Assembly: GCF_006345805.1 (NCBI RefSeq)
Contig: NC_043011.1
Span: 34,732,464-34,796,463 of the forward strand
Length of the DNA stretch: 64,000 nucleotides
Reading direction: 5' to 3'
From: Octopus sinensis
Taxonomy: Eukaryota
The translations under genes and the position numbers were made by a program. Shown one piece after another: positions 51,700-64,000 of the stretch; the first letter of the stretch is position 1, and the number at the start of each line of letters is the position of its first letter. The notes below the pieces were generated by a model. It was not told the DNA's origin and did no database searches. It saw only the letters and a list, made by a program, of their open reading frames with translations.

Positions 51700-52604
51700 G
51701 TAAGTAATTTGTTAGTCTAAATTTAATAAGTTCAGGAGAGTTGTAGCTGTTGTCCTTTCCACAACCTCCAAGGTTTGTGCGAGGAAGGGGGAACCTTATC
51801 CTCAGACCGAAAGCATGGTCTGAATGCTTCCAGCAGAATGGACTTCGTGAAAATTGCCCACCGTGGTGCCAGGTTTTGATTTTAAACCAAGAGACAGATA
51901 AAGTCTACCGTGTAGAACAGGAACGGATTTATTCAAAGAGCTTCCACATAGTTTCCGCCTATGAAGTTTTCCACGTGAGGCTTTGATTGATCCATGGCTA
52001 TGACAGAAAACACTTGTATAAGAAACTGTGCTGGGTTACCTTAATACGAAACAATCATGACTCATTACAGCTCTTTCCTTTGCAAAACATGGCTGTATAA
52101 TTAAGGAATCATTTCACTTATCAACTAAATTGTTTCCTATTAGATTTCAATGCTCGGCATCTTAGACACAAGGGAACACACTTTAAGGACAAGTATCCGG
52201 ATGACATTTGTCAAAAGGTAGAGAAAGGGCAACCATTTGCTATGTATCTTGATCATAGCTGTTGTTATTGTCGTTGTTGCTTCCAGGGGTGAATTATACA
52301 AACCGAAAAGAATCCCTCTCATCATGGCTATGATGCTCCCGTACTACTCCTGATCGTGATTTGAGGTGTATACATCGTCAGCCAATAAAGAACATGCTTC
52401 AACTGGTTAAGGTAAAGCAACTGATCAGAAACCATGAGAGCCACAGCCTAGTCAAGTTACTGGATATCGATTTAAGCTTCTGTACTCTTCCTGCCAATAT
52501 ATATATATATACTGTTTAGCCATTTTTATATTCATAATTAACCATAATAGTAATATTATATATACTTTTTTTTAAATTGTCTTTCTTTTTCTTTCTGATA
52601 CTAG

Positions 52605-53669
52605 GAATTGGACGTGCTTTTGTATACGGATCTTGTATAGTTGTGCAGAGTACCTACTTTAAGCGCTACCTTGGCACAGCAAATGCGATATCTGCTTGTG
52701 GAGTTAGCCTCGGACAATTCGTCCTTCCGTATTTACTCAACTACTTTATAATAACCTACGGAGTCCGCGGAGCTCTTCTTCTGAACGCTGGTATTTATCT
52801 ACAATGCCTTGTTTTTGGCGCCCTTCTACGCCCCATCAGTTACTGTGACACAACAACACGTTCGAAAGTCATCAGTTCTATCGATGTAGAACTAAATGAA
52901 AGAAATACAACTGCTAAAGGGGAAAAACAAACCGAATCGATGAAACTACAGTCAGACGATGACGGAGAAATCTCTCCGTTTTTGACAGACTCAAAAGACA
53001 CAGATAGCTGTGGCAATGTTAACTCGCAGTCAGTTGAACCAAGCAACCCTTCTCTTGTAATTAACACAAGGCCTAATGAAAAAGACTGTGATAAAAGTAC
53101 TTATTTATTAGAAAAATCTTCCGATGTGATAAAGAATGGCATCGTTAAAACTGATGCCAAAACGCATTCAGAAGGTTTATTGGCCAGGTTCAGAAGAGTA
53201 GCTCCAGATTTTACCCTCTTCAAGGAAAAAATATTTGTCTGCGGATACATTGGAACAGTTCTTGGGAGCGCTGCTTCCTCTATTCCCCAAACATTTTTCC
53301 CAGCTCACTCGGTAGACTTAGGATTGTCTTCTAACGATGGAATTCTTTTTCTAACAATTTCTGGTGCAGGCGATCTTGTGGGTCGTCTGCTAATAGTTTT
53401 CTTGGCTGATCGAAAGTTTATGAACCGAGCTCGACTACTTGGGGTTGCCCTCATTATTCATGGAATAGCTGCATGCTTTGTATCATTCTATACCAAATTC
53501 TTTCTATTCGCAATGTATTGCGCCTGTTATGGAATCTCCAGTGGTATACATTTTTCAATTTCGAACACAGTCATGGTGGATTTTATTGGAGCTCAAAGAA
53601 TCTCGGAGGCAGTCGGTTTGGTAATATTAGGCGCAGGGATATTGGGAACCATAGCATATCCTTTTGCAG
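52605..53669 (+). CDS. SLC16-like gene, large exon
   Basis: ctag| ... |gtaaat, 1065 nt in frame. Encodes YFKRYLGTANAISACG, YGVRGALLLNAG, GALLRP, a polar central loop and GDLVGRL. Confidence 0.93.
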
Positions 53670-54029
53670 GTAAATATTTCATCTTGAATAATTCTCATTT
53701 TCTTCTAAGGCTTCAGTTCCTTCGTTTTGAGCTTTTTTTTTACTAATTCAAGGTTTTAACATGAAAATCAGGAGCTAAGCTCCGATGACTCGAAATTACA
53801 TTTCAGTGTCAATTCTCAGTTGAAGTTATTTACTAACAGTTCAAGATTCCAGATATTTTATCTTCGTAAAACATTGAACTCACACACAAACATTTCGACA
53901 GAGTTATATTAAAAATATATATATTAATGAATGTAATTTTCTGTGCATGTGTATGGTTGTAAAAACTAAATCAGAATTAAGAAAAAATAAATACTTTTTA
54001 TTCGATTCGGAACGAGACTTTATTGACAG

Positions 54030-54275
54030 TCGGTCGCACAAGCTTGACTATATATCAGAGAAACAGGCCGTCGCCTTGACAATCACTTGCGGGAGCATAT
54101 TCGAAGCCCACCACCAAATATGTCTGGCCAACCTGTCGCCATGATTGTGCGGCATCTCCACATTTTATGTATTCATACACTCAAGAAATCGAAGGAACGA
54201 CATTCCATATTCGAACTCGGAACTATGTCACTAACGAGTTTAAATGAATGTTTTCCTTTCTCCTCCAACATTTCC
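54030..54275 (+). pseudogene. Second Penelope-type GIY-YIG relic, in the last intron of the SLC16-like gene
   Basis: YIRETGRRLDNHLREHIRS...QPVA...KERHSIFELGTMSLTSLNECF resembles YIGETGRRL..R..EH...LGT..P.GLN. Confidence 0.7.
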
Positions 54276-54879
54276 TATTGCTTCAGTATCACCATTCTCA
54301 TTCTTCAGTTCTCCTCTCACGTCAGTTTTTCCTTCCACCTCACCTGTGTAAAATATTGCAAAATTAATTAAATCAAACGGCAAATGAATACGGAAACAAA
54401 AATTGTGGCTCTTTCCCACGGAATAATTTAATTCAATAAAATATAGTTGATAAAGACTAAGTTTATGCCAACTTCAGACCGAAAGTTGAAGAGTTAACAT
54501 AGCAAATTATATAAACAGCTAGAAATACACATGAAACAACGAACTAAAATAGAACGTTATAACTTTTATATAGGTGAAAGATCATGTCAAAAGGATGAAT
54601 TTGATAAGATTCGACAGAGATTTATTAAACAATACAAAAGTTTGTGTTTCTATTTTAAGGGAGTCCCATTTTACATTTCAGTTAAAAATTCGTTTCTGTT
54701 TTTATCTCTCTAGACACCAACCCGCCTGGATTCGTCCCTGGTTCTATAATAGAAACTTTCCGCTTCCAAGTAATCTTTAATTTTTTTTTTTTAAAAAGCC
54801 TTCCGTGAAAATTTCATGTTAATTACTGTTTAAACACCAACTTAATAATGATTTCAAATTTTGATAGAAGACCAGCAAT

Positions 54880-55050
54880 TTCGATGGAGTGTGTAAGTCG
54901 ATTACATCAACCCCAGTATTCAACTGGTACTTACTTTATCGACTTCACAAGGACGAAAGCAAAAACGGAATTTGAACACACGACGTAAAGCCGGGCGAAA
55001 TTCCACTAAGCATTTTGCCCGGCGTGCTAACGATTCAGCCAGCTCGCCGA
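54880..55050 (-). mobile_element. SINE family 2 copy
   Basis: Reverse complement of ggcgagctggctgaatcgttagcacgccgggcaaaatgcttag. Confidence 0.75.
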
Positions 55051-55796
55051 CTTACGCCAGCTTAACAATAATAGTTTTATTTTACTGAATTCTTCAATAT
55101 TTTCAGAATTAATTGAAACAAGGGCAGTGTATTTCAACTGAAATGTGATATTAAAAGGGTTGGCTCTTTTGATACCAACCCTCGTAAAACTTGCCCCTGG
55201 TTCGAAAATACAAACTTCCTGTTTTAAAGTGAACTAAATATAAACTTGCCATAAAAATTTCAAATTGATTTATATTCCAAAACACCAGATCAATAATGAC
55301 AAAATTGTTTTATTGAATTCACAAGCAGGCTGTTACGTTGATCGGATCAACTGGAATACTCGTCGTCGTAATCGACAGAGTACCAGTTTATTTATTCTTA
55401 ATACCTCCCAGCAGATTCAAACGCAAATATGCTAATCGCTGTTGTATACGTCACTGGAGGGCAATTCCTTTTTACGACGACAATGCGTTCATAACATAGA
55501 CGGCTCATTGTTACGAGGAGATCTGAGACACCAGTGTTTCGACATGTGATACGTCAGTCAGGAGCACTCTCGGACCTTTTAGCTTAAACGAGAACCTGTG
55601 ATTTTGTTTAGAATTTCAGCAAACATACTACTTGTTGATTACTGTTGATATCTACCAACCAATAAAAAAAATCGTTATTTGTGCTGTGTACAGCTAGATT
55701 CTAAATTATGATTTGTATATTTATTCTCAATACGTTCCGTACCTTTTCTTTTCTATTTTGCTTATAACGATTGTTATATTTTACATTATTCAACAG

Positions 55797-55915
55797 GTTA
55801 CCTTCGTGACGTCACTGGTTCATACAATCCCGAATTCATTTTGAACGGCGTCGGCCTTCTCTTGAGCGGTACCTTGTTTCTCTCGGAGGCCTTTATACCA
55901 TACAAGAAACATTGA
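55797..55915 (+). CDS. SLC16-like gene, last coding exon
   Basis: caacag|, phase 1. Encodes GYLRDVTGSYNPEFILNGVGLLLSGTLFLSEAFIPYKKH*, matching the MCT G.L.D.TG.Y motif. Confidence 0.88.
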
Positions 55916-56098
55916 TGGAAGAGCTGTGACTGTTGTTATCAGCATGGTCAACGTTATTGAGGAATAAGACGACATGGCGCGGCTGATCGGACACTAACGA
56001 TTTGCCGGGACTTACTGGACATTGAAGCTGTTTTTACGAGGGTAGTTTTTGGCACTGGTGACAAACGCACGCCACCGTATGTGCGTGCATAAATATAC

Positions 56099-56189
<91 letters not shown>

Positions 56190-56481
56190 AAGGGAGAGAG
56201 ACGTGACAGTGTATTACTTGAGCATTATTGACACAAATATTTTCCCTCTCCTCATACACATAAAGAACAATATACTCACAGAAAGGGAGAGGGAGAGAGG
56301 GAGAGAGAGAGAAAGAGAGAGATTACACATACAAACATAACTAGATTGTTACACACACAAATGGAGAAAGAGAAACAAACATTACCATTTATCAATTGAG
56401 AACAATTAACACTTACTTTCTCCTCATAGAAATAGAAAAATATATCTCAGAGAGTGAGAGACAGCGAGGAAGGGAGCGAGT

Positions 56482-56516
<35 letters not shown>

Positions 56517-57147
56517 TGTGTGTGTGTGTGTGTGAGAGAGAGAGATCATAACGTCTGATGCCAAATAGGTCGTAGTCGTATCAGCAACTTGAAATATCAG
56601 GATGTCTCAAACATGAATTACTGTGTCGCTATCGACACATATCCAACAACATCAGCGATAGCAGATCGGAACACTTGTAGAGCACAGGCCAAATGGTTTG
56701 CTGGCGGTATTTAGCTACATAACTTCATATTTCTGGGCTCGAGTCCGTCTGTGGTTGACTTTGCTTTCCATTTTTACGTTGTCCATAAAACAAAACCCAA
56801 TCTCAATGACAATCACCAAAATGGAGATATTTATCCTCTGATCACAAAAAAATTATGGTGTTGTGCTTGTAATAGGAATTATATTCAATATCATTGTGTG
56901 TATGCATACATTTTCTCATCCTTATTCTAGAGAGGCCATTCACTAGAGAGGCATTTAACCAACGGGTATTGGGATCTGATGATACGCCATAAAGCCAGGC
57001 CCTTTATGGACGTGAAACATAACGAAATCCCATAAAATGGCCTTATTTAACTTCAACATATATATATATATTACTCGAGAATCAAACTAGTACACTTGAT
57101 TGTTCCCTCACCTGTCTTCATCTTTTGATTTCTATAAATTTGAACAC

Positions 57148-57219
<72 letters not shown>

Positions 57220-58399
57220 ATATATCGATCAGACTGTCAAATGTTATACACTGCAGGTCATGATGCACTTTGCATCATTCTAACCTTTGAATGACGCCAC
57301 CCCGCTGGTTAGGCGAGCAGGCCAACATTCCCTGTCTGAGAATCGAAGCCAATCCAGCGATTGTGAGCGCAACAACCTAACTATTAATGAAAATGGCTGT
57401 GTTGTGGATACTAATCTATTTTCAAGTGGACATTATCGAAAGCAGTCTAGTTGTTCCCATCACGTCTTTTTTTAATGTAGTATACTTAAGCGTATAGTAT
57501 AAATATGTGAGGTTTTTCTCAAGTCTAAAGTGTGTCATTATTTTTGTTATCTACATTCCGATGGTTGAGCTTTGTATCTTTGTTAGAATCTAACTCCTTC
57601 ATAAAGCAAGACTGCAAATAATCAAAAATATATGAGAATATACGTATCCACTACATATGTGGAAAATCGGTGTGTGTTTGTTTGTGGCGTTGTTAGCTAA
57701 CTCCTCCTCCATCGTTTTATTGGATTTGATGAAACTTGACATGTGAGTAGAACTCATATCTGGAGACCTCGTGACATAATTAAATTGTTGAAAAAATCGA
57801 TAATATGGCCCCTGGAAGGGACCTTTATATCTACCTCATATAACTAATTTTTTAAACACTCAAGGGAAATAACCCATAGCATCTGCACAATATTTATAAA
57901 ACAATCAAGGAAAATAATCCATTTCATTGTTTATGTTCGATTACTTTGAATATTGATTTTTTTTGTGTGTCCAATTTCTAATTTTTGCAGACAATATCAC
58001 TTTGACACAGTGAGTAGGACCTACAGCTCGAAACCTCGTGACATACTTAGATTGTTGAAAAAATCGATAATACGACTCCTCCAATAGATCCTTCTATCTA
58101 CTACATATTACTGATATTCTATTTAAACTACTCAAGGGAAATAACCTACACCACCTGCAGTTTTTAGCGAAGCGATCAATATTTGATTCTCACGATCAGT
58201 CAACCTAATTCTCCATTTCACTACTTAGCTTTGAACTGCTAAACAATATTATTGCACTAACTTAATTTGAATCTTAAACCTTAAAGATTTCATCCATACA
58301 TTTCTATACATACATACATACTTTTTTGAATGCCCATTACTCCGATAATTCTGAATTTTTACAGTAACAAATTTTCCATGACAGTAGATGCATTTTTTA

Positions 58400-59022
58400 T
58401 TCCACAACGTATTTGTTGTGGCTTCATGCAGGCACAGCGTGGATTCGATCCTCGATTGCCAAATTTCACTTAACACTTCAACAGCGCTTTTCTCACGGTA
58501 AAACAATAGTTTTTCTGTGAATGACAGCAGTTATACATTTCCTAGATGCCTTCGCTAATGTCTTTGCCGCTTGACCCTTCTAACCTCTTCTAGGCCACCA
58601 CCAGCTGGAATGGAGATACCAAGCCTCCAACGAAATCATTTGTTCTCAACAATAAGTCTATCCTTCTGGCTGCTTTTTAATAGTTATAAAAACAAGAACT
58701 CCGTAAGTGAAAGGCAGTTACTGAGAGCGACCATCACTGAGTGTGAACGTTATTATTGCACCTTCATCAAACACTTCATTCATATATTTATATAATTTTT
58801 CTCACCAACATCCGACAATCTTTCTCGCCAACCTCCGAAAAGTTCTCTCGCCAACCTCCAACAATTTCTCCCTCCTCCAGCTGACAGGATTTTTTTTACT
58901 TTTTCGTGACGGAAAATACACCTTTTGTGGCAGTTATAACGAAATTGCTTTCTTATATCAGAGTAATAAGGCGTTTCAATAGAACATCCCCCCCCACCGA
59001 GAATTACTGGGTACACCAACTT
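58400..59022 (-). mobile_element. Possible old mariner 5' relic
   Basis: taagttggtgtacccagtaattctcggt resembles cecropia/Hsmar1-type TIRs, and there is a weak NEVF.EG motif. No matching second TIR was found. Confidence 0.3.
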
Positions 59023-59024
59023 AT

Positions 59025-59093
<69 letters not shown>

Positions 59094-59717
59094 ATACTGG
59101 GAGGATAAGAAACGGAACGAAGCGACGAATCGAAACGAACCCGACGCGAAAGCGCTGTCAGACAATAGTGTAATAAATAAAATATATGCATACATACAAA
59201 CATATATGTACGTACCTACATCTACATGTATATATACATGCATATATAAATATATATACGTGAGTACAGGACACCACAACTAGACGTAGAACTCAACGAG
59301 AAACGAAAACGGAAAAGCCATTTTTTTTACAACAGAAAAACAGAGTACAGGACATGCTACACAAGGAAAAATCCCCAATCATCAGCTGTCGCTAGTAGAC
59401 TCAAGCGTGTTTCGAAGGCAAGACAGGACACGACTCGTCAAAACTAGACCTTCCTGCGAGAGAATTAAAATAAAATTACCTCGCAGAGGGGTAAAACAAG
59501 CACGAAAAAATGTAACAAAAACAGGACGTAACAATAAAACTGCACAATAAAATACAAGATAAAAATACATGTACAAGAAAATACAAAACGAGAAATGAAA
59601 AGAAAATACAATACGAGAAATCAAAATAAACAAGAAAGCAAACGAGAAAAACAAACGAAAAGGCCTTTTTTCTGGCTTAGACGGAAGATGTTCTAGCAGC
59701 GCATGGAAACATGACTT

Positions 59718-59777
<60 letters not shown>

Positions 59778-59781
<4 letters not shown>

Positions 59782-60195
59782 GGCGAGGGCGAGGCTATGT
59801 TGTTAGAAGCTTGCTTCTCAATCACATGGTTCTGGGTTCAGTCCCACTGCGTGGCACCTTGGGCAAGTGTCATCTGCTATAGCCTCGGGCCCACCAAGCC
59901 TTGTGAATGGATTTGATAGACGGGAAACTGAAAGAAGCACTGGTATATATGTATATCGATCTCTATGTGTCATTATGTCTGTGTTTGTCCCACCATCGCC
60001 ATCACTTGACAACCGGTGTTGCTGTGTTTACATCCCCGTAACCAGGCGGTTCGGCAACAGAAACGGATAGAATAAGTACCAGGCTTTAACAAATAAAAAA
60101 AATACTGAGGGTCAATCCATTTGACTAAAAAATCTTCAAGGCAGTGCTCCAGCATGGCTGCAGTCTAATGGCTGAAACAAGCAAAAGATAAAAGA
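59778..60195 (+). mobile_element. SINE family 1, full diverged copy
   Basis: ggttcagtcccactgcgtggcaccttgggcaagtgtc, with a tail ending ggctgaaacaagcaaaaga. Confidence 0.8.
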
Positions 60196-62149
60196 TATGC
60201 GTATTATGTAAGTGAAGGTGCGTGGCCTACTGGTTATGGTGCTGTACTCACGATCGCGGGTTCGATTCCCGGCCGATGGGTGCGTTACGTTCTTGAGCAA
60301 TATACTTCATCACAACTTGCTTTTCGATCACTTCGACTCCTGATGGGTGGTACACCTGTAAAGGTAATGTCAATCTGATAGAGAGAGCGAGCTAATGTAC
60401 AACACAACCATTTGTTCACGATAAACAATCAATGTAGTGCAGGTTTGTCCAGCATGAAACTGAATTGCAGAACCGTCTTTTTCAAACTCCAAATGCTACA
60501 TGCCCGCCTGCATATATGTATGGATGTGCATATGTCATCATTCAATTATATTTCGAGATTTCTTGTCAATAGAGAAAGTGCCGGTTTCTAACCTAGATCC
60601 AAGTTTCCTTCATTCGAATTTCAACATCAACTGGATATTTTTGAATGTATGTATATGTGCAGTCTTGTATGTTTTGTTTTATGTATGTCTTCTCATGTAT
60701 CTAGTTACACATCTAGACATGCTCATATATACTTAAATGATAAACTTCTGGAAAGTTACAGACTTTTTACAGTTCCAGTGATGGATTGGTTCTGTAGTCA
60801 ACGAATCAGCTTTCTCCTTTCTCGTTTTGAGAAGCCTAATTTCTGAAGATTGGTATTTAGGCAGTGTCTTACGTATCTCAGTGCCTCAGTAATTACAGGT
60901 ATAAACCTGAGCATGTAATCTGAATAGAGTAGATGCAGATTTCTCAATAATTCAGGGTAGGTATTTTCTTTGTTGCTAATCTTTAGCTTTATGTTAACAT
61001 CCGCTTTATGTTAATATCTCTTCTCTATCCTAAATCCCTGTGACTGTTACATTTCATTGAGGTATCCACTGGGACAGTCTACCAGTACTCCTTCTTATTA
61101 TGAATGGCTGTGGCTCCTACCATAGTGTGGATTCTTATTCGTTTGGCTTCATGTGTATGTTCGATGGTGGCCATCTCACAACCAAATATCTGCACTTCAT
61201 TGGATTATATGCTGTGATATACCTCTGTACGGCCTGGATGACATTCTCTGAGTGTCCATAGTTAAATATCTTGTAGCAACTATTTCAACCACGAATTTTA
61301 AAATCAAAGAGCTTTCTTCGAGGTTTCTACAATAAAAAGAACACCTGCAAGTCCGTATGTATTTGATTTGGGTGTTTTCATTCTCTTAGTGGTTTTACTG
61401 CGTGTCCGGGTATAAGGATATTAATCTGTGTATATCTATGCCCCGTTATCCCAAGCAATATATATAAAAATACATATATATTATACACACCTGGTTACAA
61501 AGTCCTACATGCGTTAATAAATTCTAAACATTAGCACATCTCCAAATTCAGTCAATAAAAATTCTTCACAACATCTTGCCATTACAACCTATCCTACAGC
61601 CCAATTATTTACCATTCAGCAAAATTCAGCCAACACTAGAAACTTCTAGCTTAACAAACATTATATAAGGCCAAGATAAACTCAAATATATCACGTGTGT
61701 GTGCGTGTTCATTTAATATTCTAGGAGTTAATGTGACGGCTCTCTGTTAAGCTATAATATTTCACTAATGGTTCTGTGCCTTATCTTTGTGATATTATCA
61801 AGACAGAAAAATTTAAACATATCTGCATCGAGCAAAGGATTTTGTTTTTAAGGGCAGGCAAGTCAGGCTGGCAGCCTATTCTCTCACAACGTTTGTGACT
61901 TTAACTCGAGATTCAGCTAAGAGTAAGTGCAAGGGAGATAAATCAGTATGTCTATTCTTTCGTCTTAAATCAAAGACGGCTGCAATGTCTTTGTATTAAT
62001 TTGATCAAACAAAGCTGTTCTGGGGCGAAACGCAGTTATATGTATATATATTACGGAGATGTACTTGCAAAGCAAGTGACCTGATCTGACCCCGTGTTCT
62101 GCAACAAAAACAATTGCAGCGTGGAAGGTGTTTATAAGCCATTTAAGAA

Positions 62150-62352
62150 ACACACAAAAACCGTTAGATTCACTTCAACATTTAAATTGAATTTGCCAAA
62201 ATATTTTCGTCGCTTTGAGACCGCGACATCTTTATTGACAAAATTCTGTGCTGCAGGGAATTTTGTCAGTGAACAGGTTGCGGTCTGAAAGCGACGAGAA
62301 TATTTTGACAAATCAAACTTAAACGTCGAAGTGCTTCTAACGGTTTTTGTGT
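62150..62352. mobile_element. Fold-back MITE-like imperfect palindrome
   Basis: acacaaaaaccgttag...cgtcgctttgagaccgc...gacaaaattc pairs with gaattttgtc...gcggtctgaaagcgacg...ctaacggtttttgtgt. Confidence 0.65.
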
Positions 62353-62359
62353 ATTTTTT

Positions 62360-62479
62360 TATGATGATGATGATGATGATGATGGTGATGGTAATTGATG
62401 GTGATGGTGATGATGATGATGATGAGGATGAGGATGATGATGGTGATGGTGATGATGATGATGATGATGATGGTGATGG

Positions 62480-62510
<31 letters not shown>

Positions 62511-62536
62511 CATGATGATGGTGATGGTGATGATGG

Positions 62537-62571
<35 letters not shown>

Positions 62572-62715
62572 GTGATGGTGATGGTGGTGATGATGGTGAT
62601 GGTGATGATGATGATGGTGATGATGATGGTGATGGTGATGGTGATGATGATGATGATGATGATGGTGATGATGGTGATGATGGTGATGATGGTGATGATG
62701 ATGGTGATGATGATG

Positions 62716-62747
<32 letters not shown>

Positions 62748-62842
62748 GACAATGATGATGATGATGATGATGATGGTGATGATGATGGTGATGATGATGA
62801 TGATGGTGGTGATGATGGTGATGATGATGGTGATGATGATGT

Positions 62843-62877
<35 letters not shown>

Positions 62878-63088
62878 GTGATGATGTTGATGGTGATGAC
62901 GATGATAATGATGATGATGGTGATGGTGATGATGATGGTGATGGTGATGGTGATGATGATGATGATGATGATGGTGATGATGATCATGATGGTGATGATG
63001 ATGGTGATGATGATGATGGTGATGATGATGATGATGATGTTCATGGTGATGATGTTGGTGATGATGATGATGATGGTGATGATGTTGG

Positions 63089-63120
<32 letters not shown>

Positions 63121-63256
63121 GTGATGGTGATGGTGGTGATGATGGTGATGGTGATGATGATGATGGTGATGATGATGATGATGGTTTTGGTGATGGTGAT
63201 GATGATGATGATGATGGTGATGATGGTGATGATGGTGATGATGGTGATGATGATGG

Positions 63257-63302
<46 letters not shown>

Positions 63303-63397
63303 GGTGATGATGATGATGATGATGATGATGGTGATGATGATGGTGATGATGATGATGATGGTGGTGATGATGGTGATGATGATGGTGATGATGATGT

Positions 63398-63432
<35 letters not shown>

Positions 63433-63622
63433 GTGATGATGTTGATGGTGATGACGATGATAATGATGATGATGGTGATGGTGATGATGATGGTGATGGT
63501 GATGGTGATGATGATGATGATGGTGATGATGATGGTGATGATGATGATGGTGATGATGATGATGATGATGTTGATGGTGATGATGTTGGTGATGATGATG
63601 ATGATGGTGATGATGTTGGTGA

Positions 63623-63656
<34 letters not shown>

Positions 63657-63815
63657 GGTGGTGATGATGGTGATGATGATGATGATGATGATGGTGATGG
63701 TGATGGTGATGGTGATGGTGATGGTGATGGTGATGATGATGATGATGGTGATGGTGATGATGATCATGATCATAATGATGGTGATGGTGATGATGATGAT
63801 GATGATGATGATGAT
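62360..63815. repeat. ~1.45-kb (GAT/GGT)n trinucleotide array with a ~549-bp internal duplication
   Basis: Directly visible. The pattern of rare variant triplets repeats from 62571 at 63120. Confidence 0.95.
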
Positions 63816-64000
63816 ATCGGGTAGCTTTTAAGGTACTGTCCCCAAATGGAAAGAGATGCAAACAGATCTCTGACTAGTTTTGGAGAATTTGTTGCAATTG
63901 CTTCCTCCAGGGTCATATCCTAATGATCATATTCTTCCCAAAACAATCAAGTAAAAAAATTTTGTCGAAAATGATCACTGGATTTTGCAATTAATTTCGA

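Noticed and set aside
52577-53746. 389-aa single-exon ORF as a complete gene
   Set aside because: Both ends run into intron sequence. Splice sites at 52605 and 53669 and the flanking exons explain it.
54700-55320. ccctt/aaggg-ended repeats as piggyBac MITEs
   Set aside because: The termini are degenerate and no matched TTAA-flanked TIR pair could be fixed.
55520-55570. Minus-strand ctgactgacg...gtcgaaacactggtgtc hammerhead-like motif
   Set aside because: The core spacing is wrong and stem I cannot form.
59395-59450. Minus-strand ttgacga...ttcgaaacacgc hammerhead-like motif
   Set aside because: C3, the stem II pairing and the UH triplet are all defective.
62331-63861. ~500-aa poly-D, poly-H, poly-M and poly-I ORFs
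   Set aside because: These are a frame-open consequence of (GAT/GGT)n. There is no non-repetitive coding sequence or splice support.

Overview
Eukaryotic, AT-rich, repeat-saturated genomic DNA. The SINE, RTE and microsatellite landscape looks cephalopod, probably Octopus; this is inferred from family resemblance, not from a search. Only one host gene is supportable: a + strand MFS/SLC16 monocarboxylate-transporter-like gene with four clear exons (51060-51203, 51556-51699, 52605-53669, 55797-55915) and a candidate upstream exon. The rest is mostly mobile or repetitive DNA. It includes three tRNA-derived SINE families, a near full-length RTE LINE (10052-15080, minus) plus truncated copies, mariner/Tc1 relics, Helitron fragments and non-autonomous Helitrons, two Penelope-type GIY-YIG relics, a 98-bp satellite and large microsatellites. 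There is one 100-N gap whose flanks overlap. The least expected signal is a dense set of type I hammerhead-ribozyme folds from at least six unrelated sequence families. Several sit in inverted or palindromic pairs and several have variant cores, consistent with Penelope pLTR or retrozyme-like elements. A second theme is the RTE 3'UTR repeatedly giving rise to tandem arrays. Almost all short ORFs in the supplied track are microsatellite or repeat artefacts.
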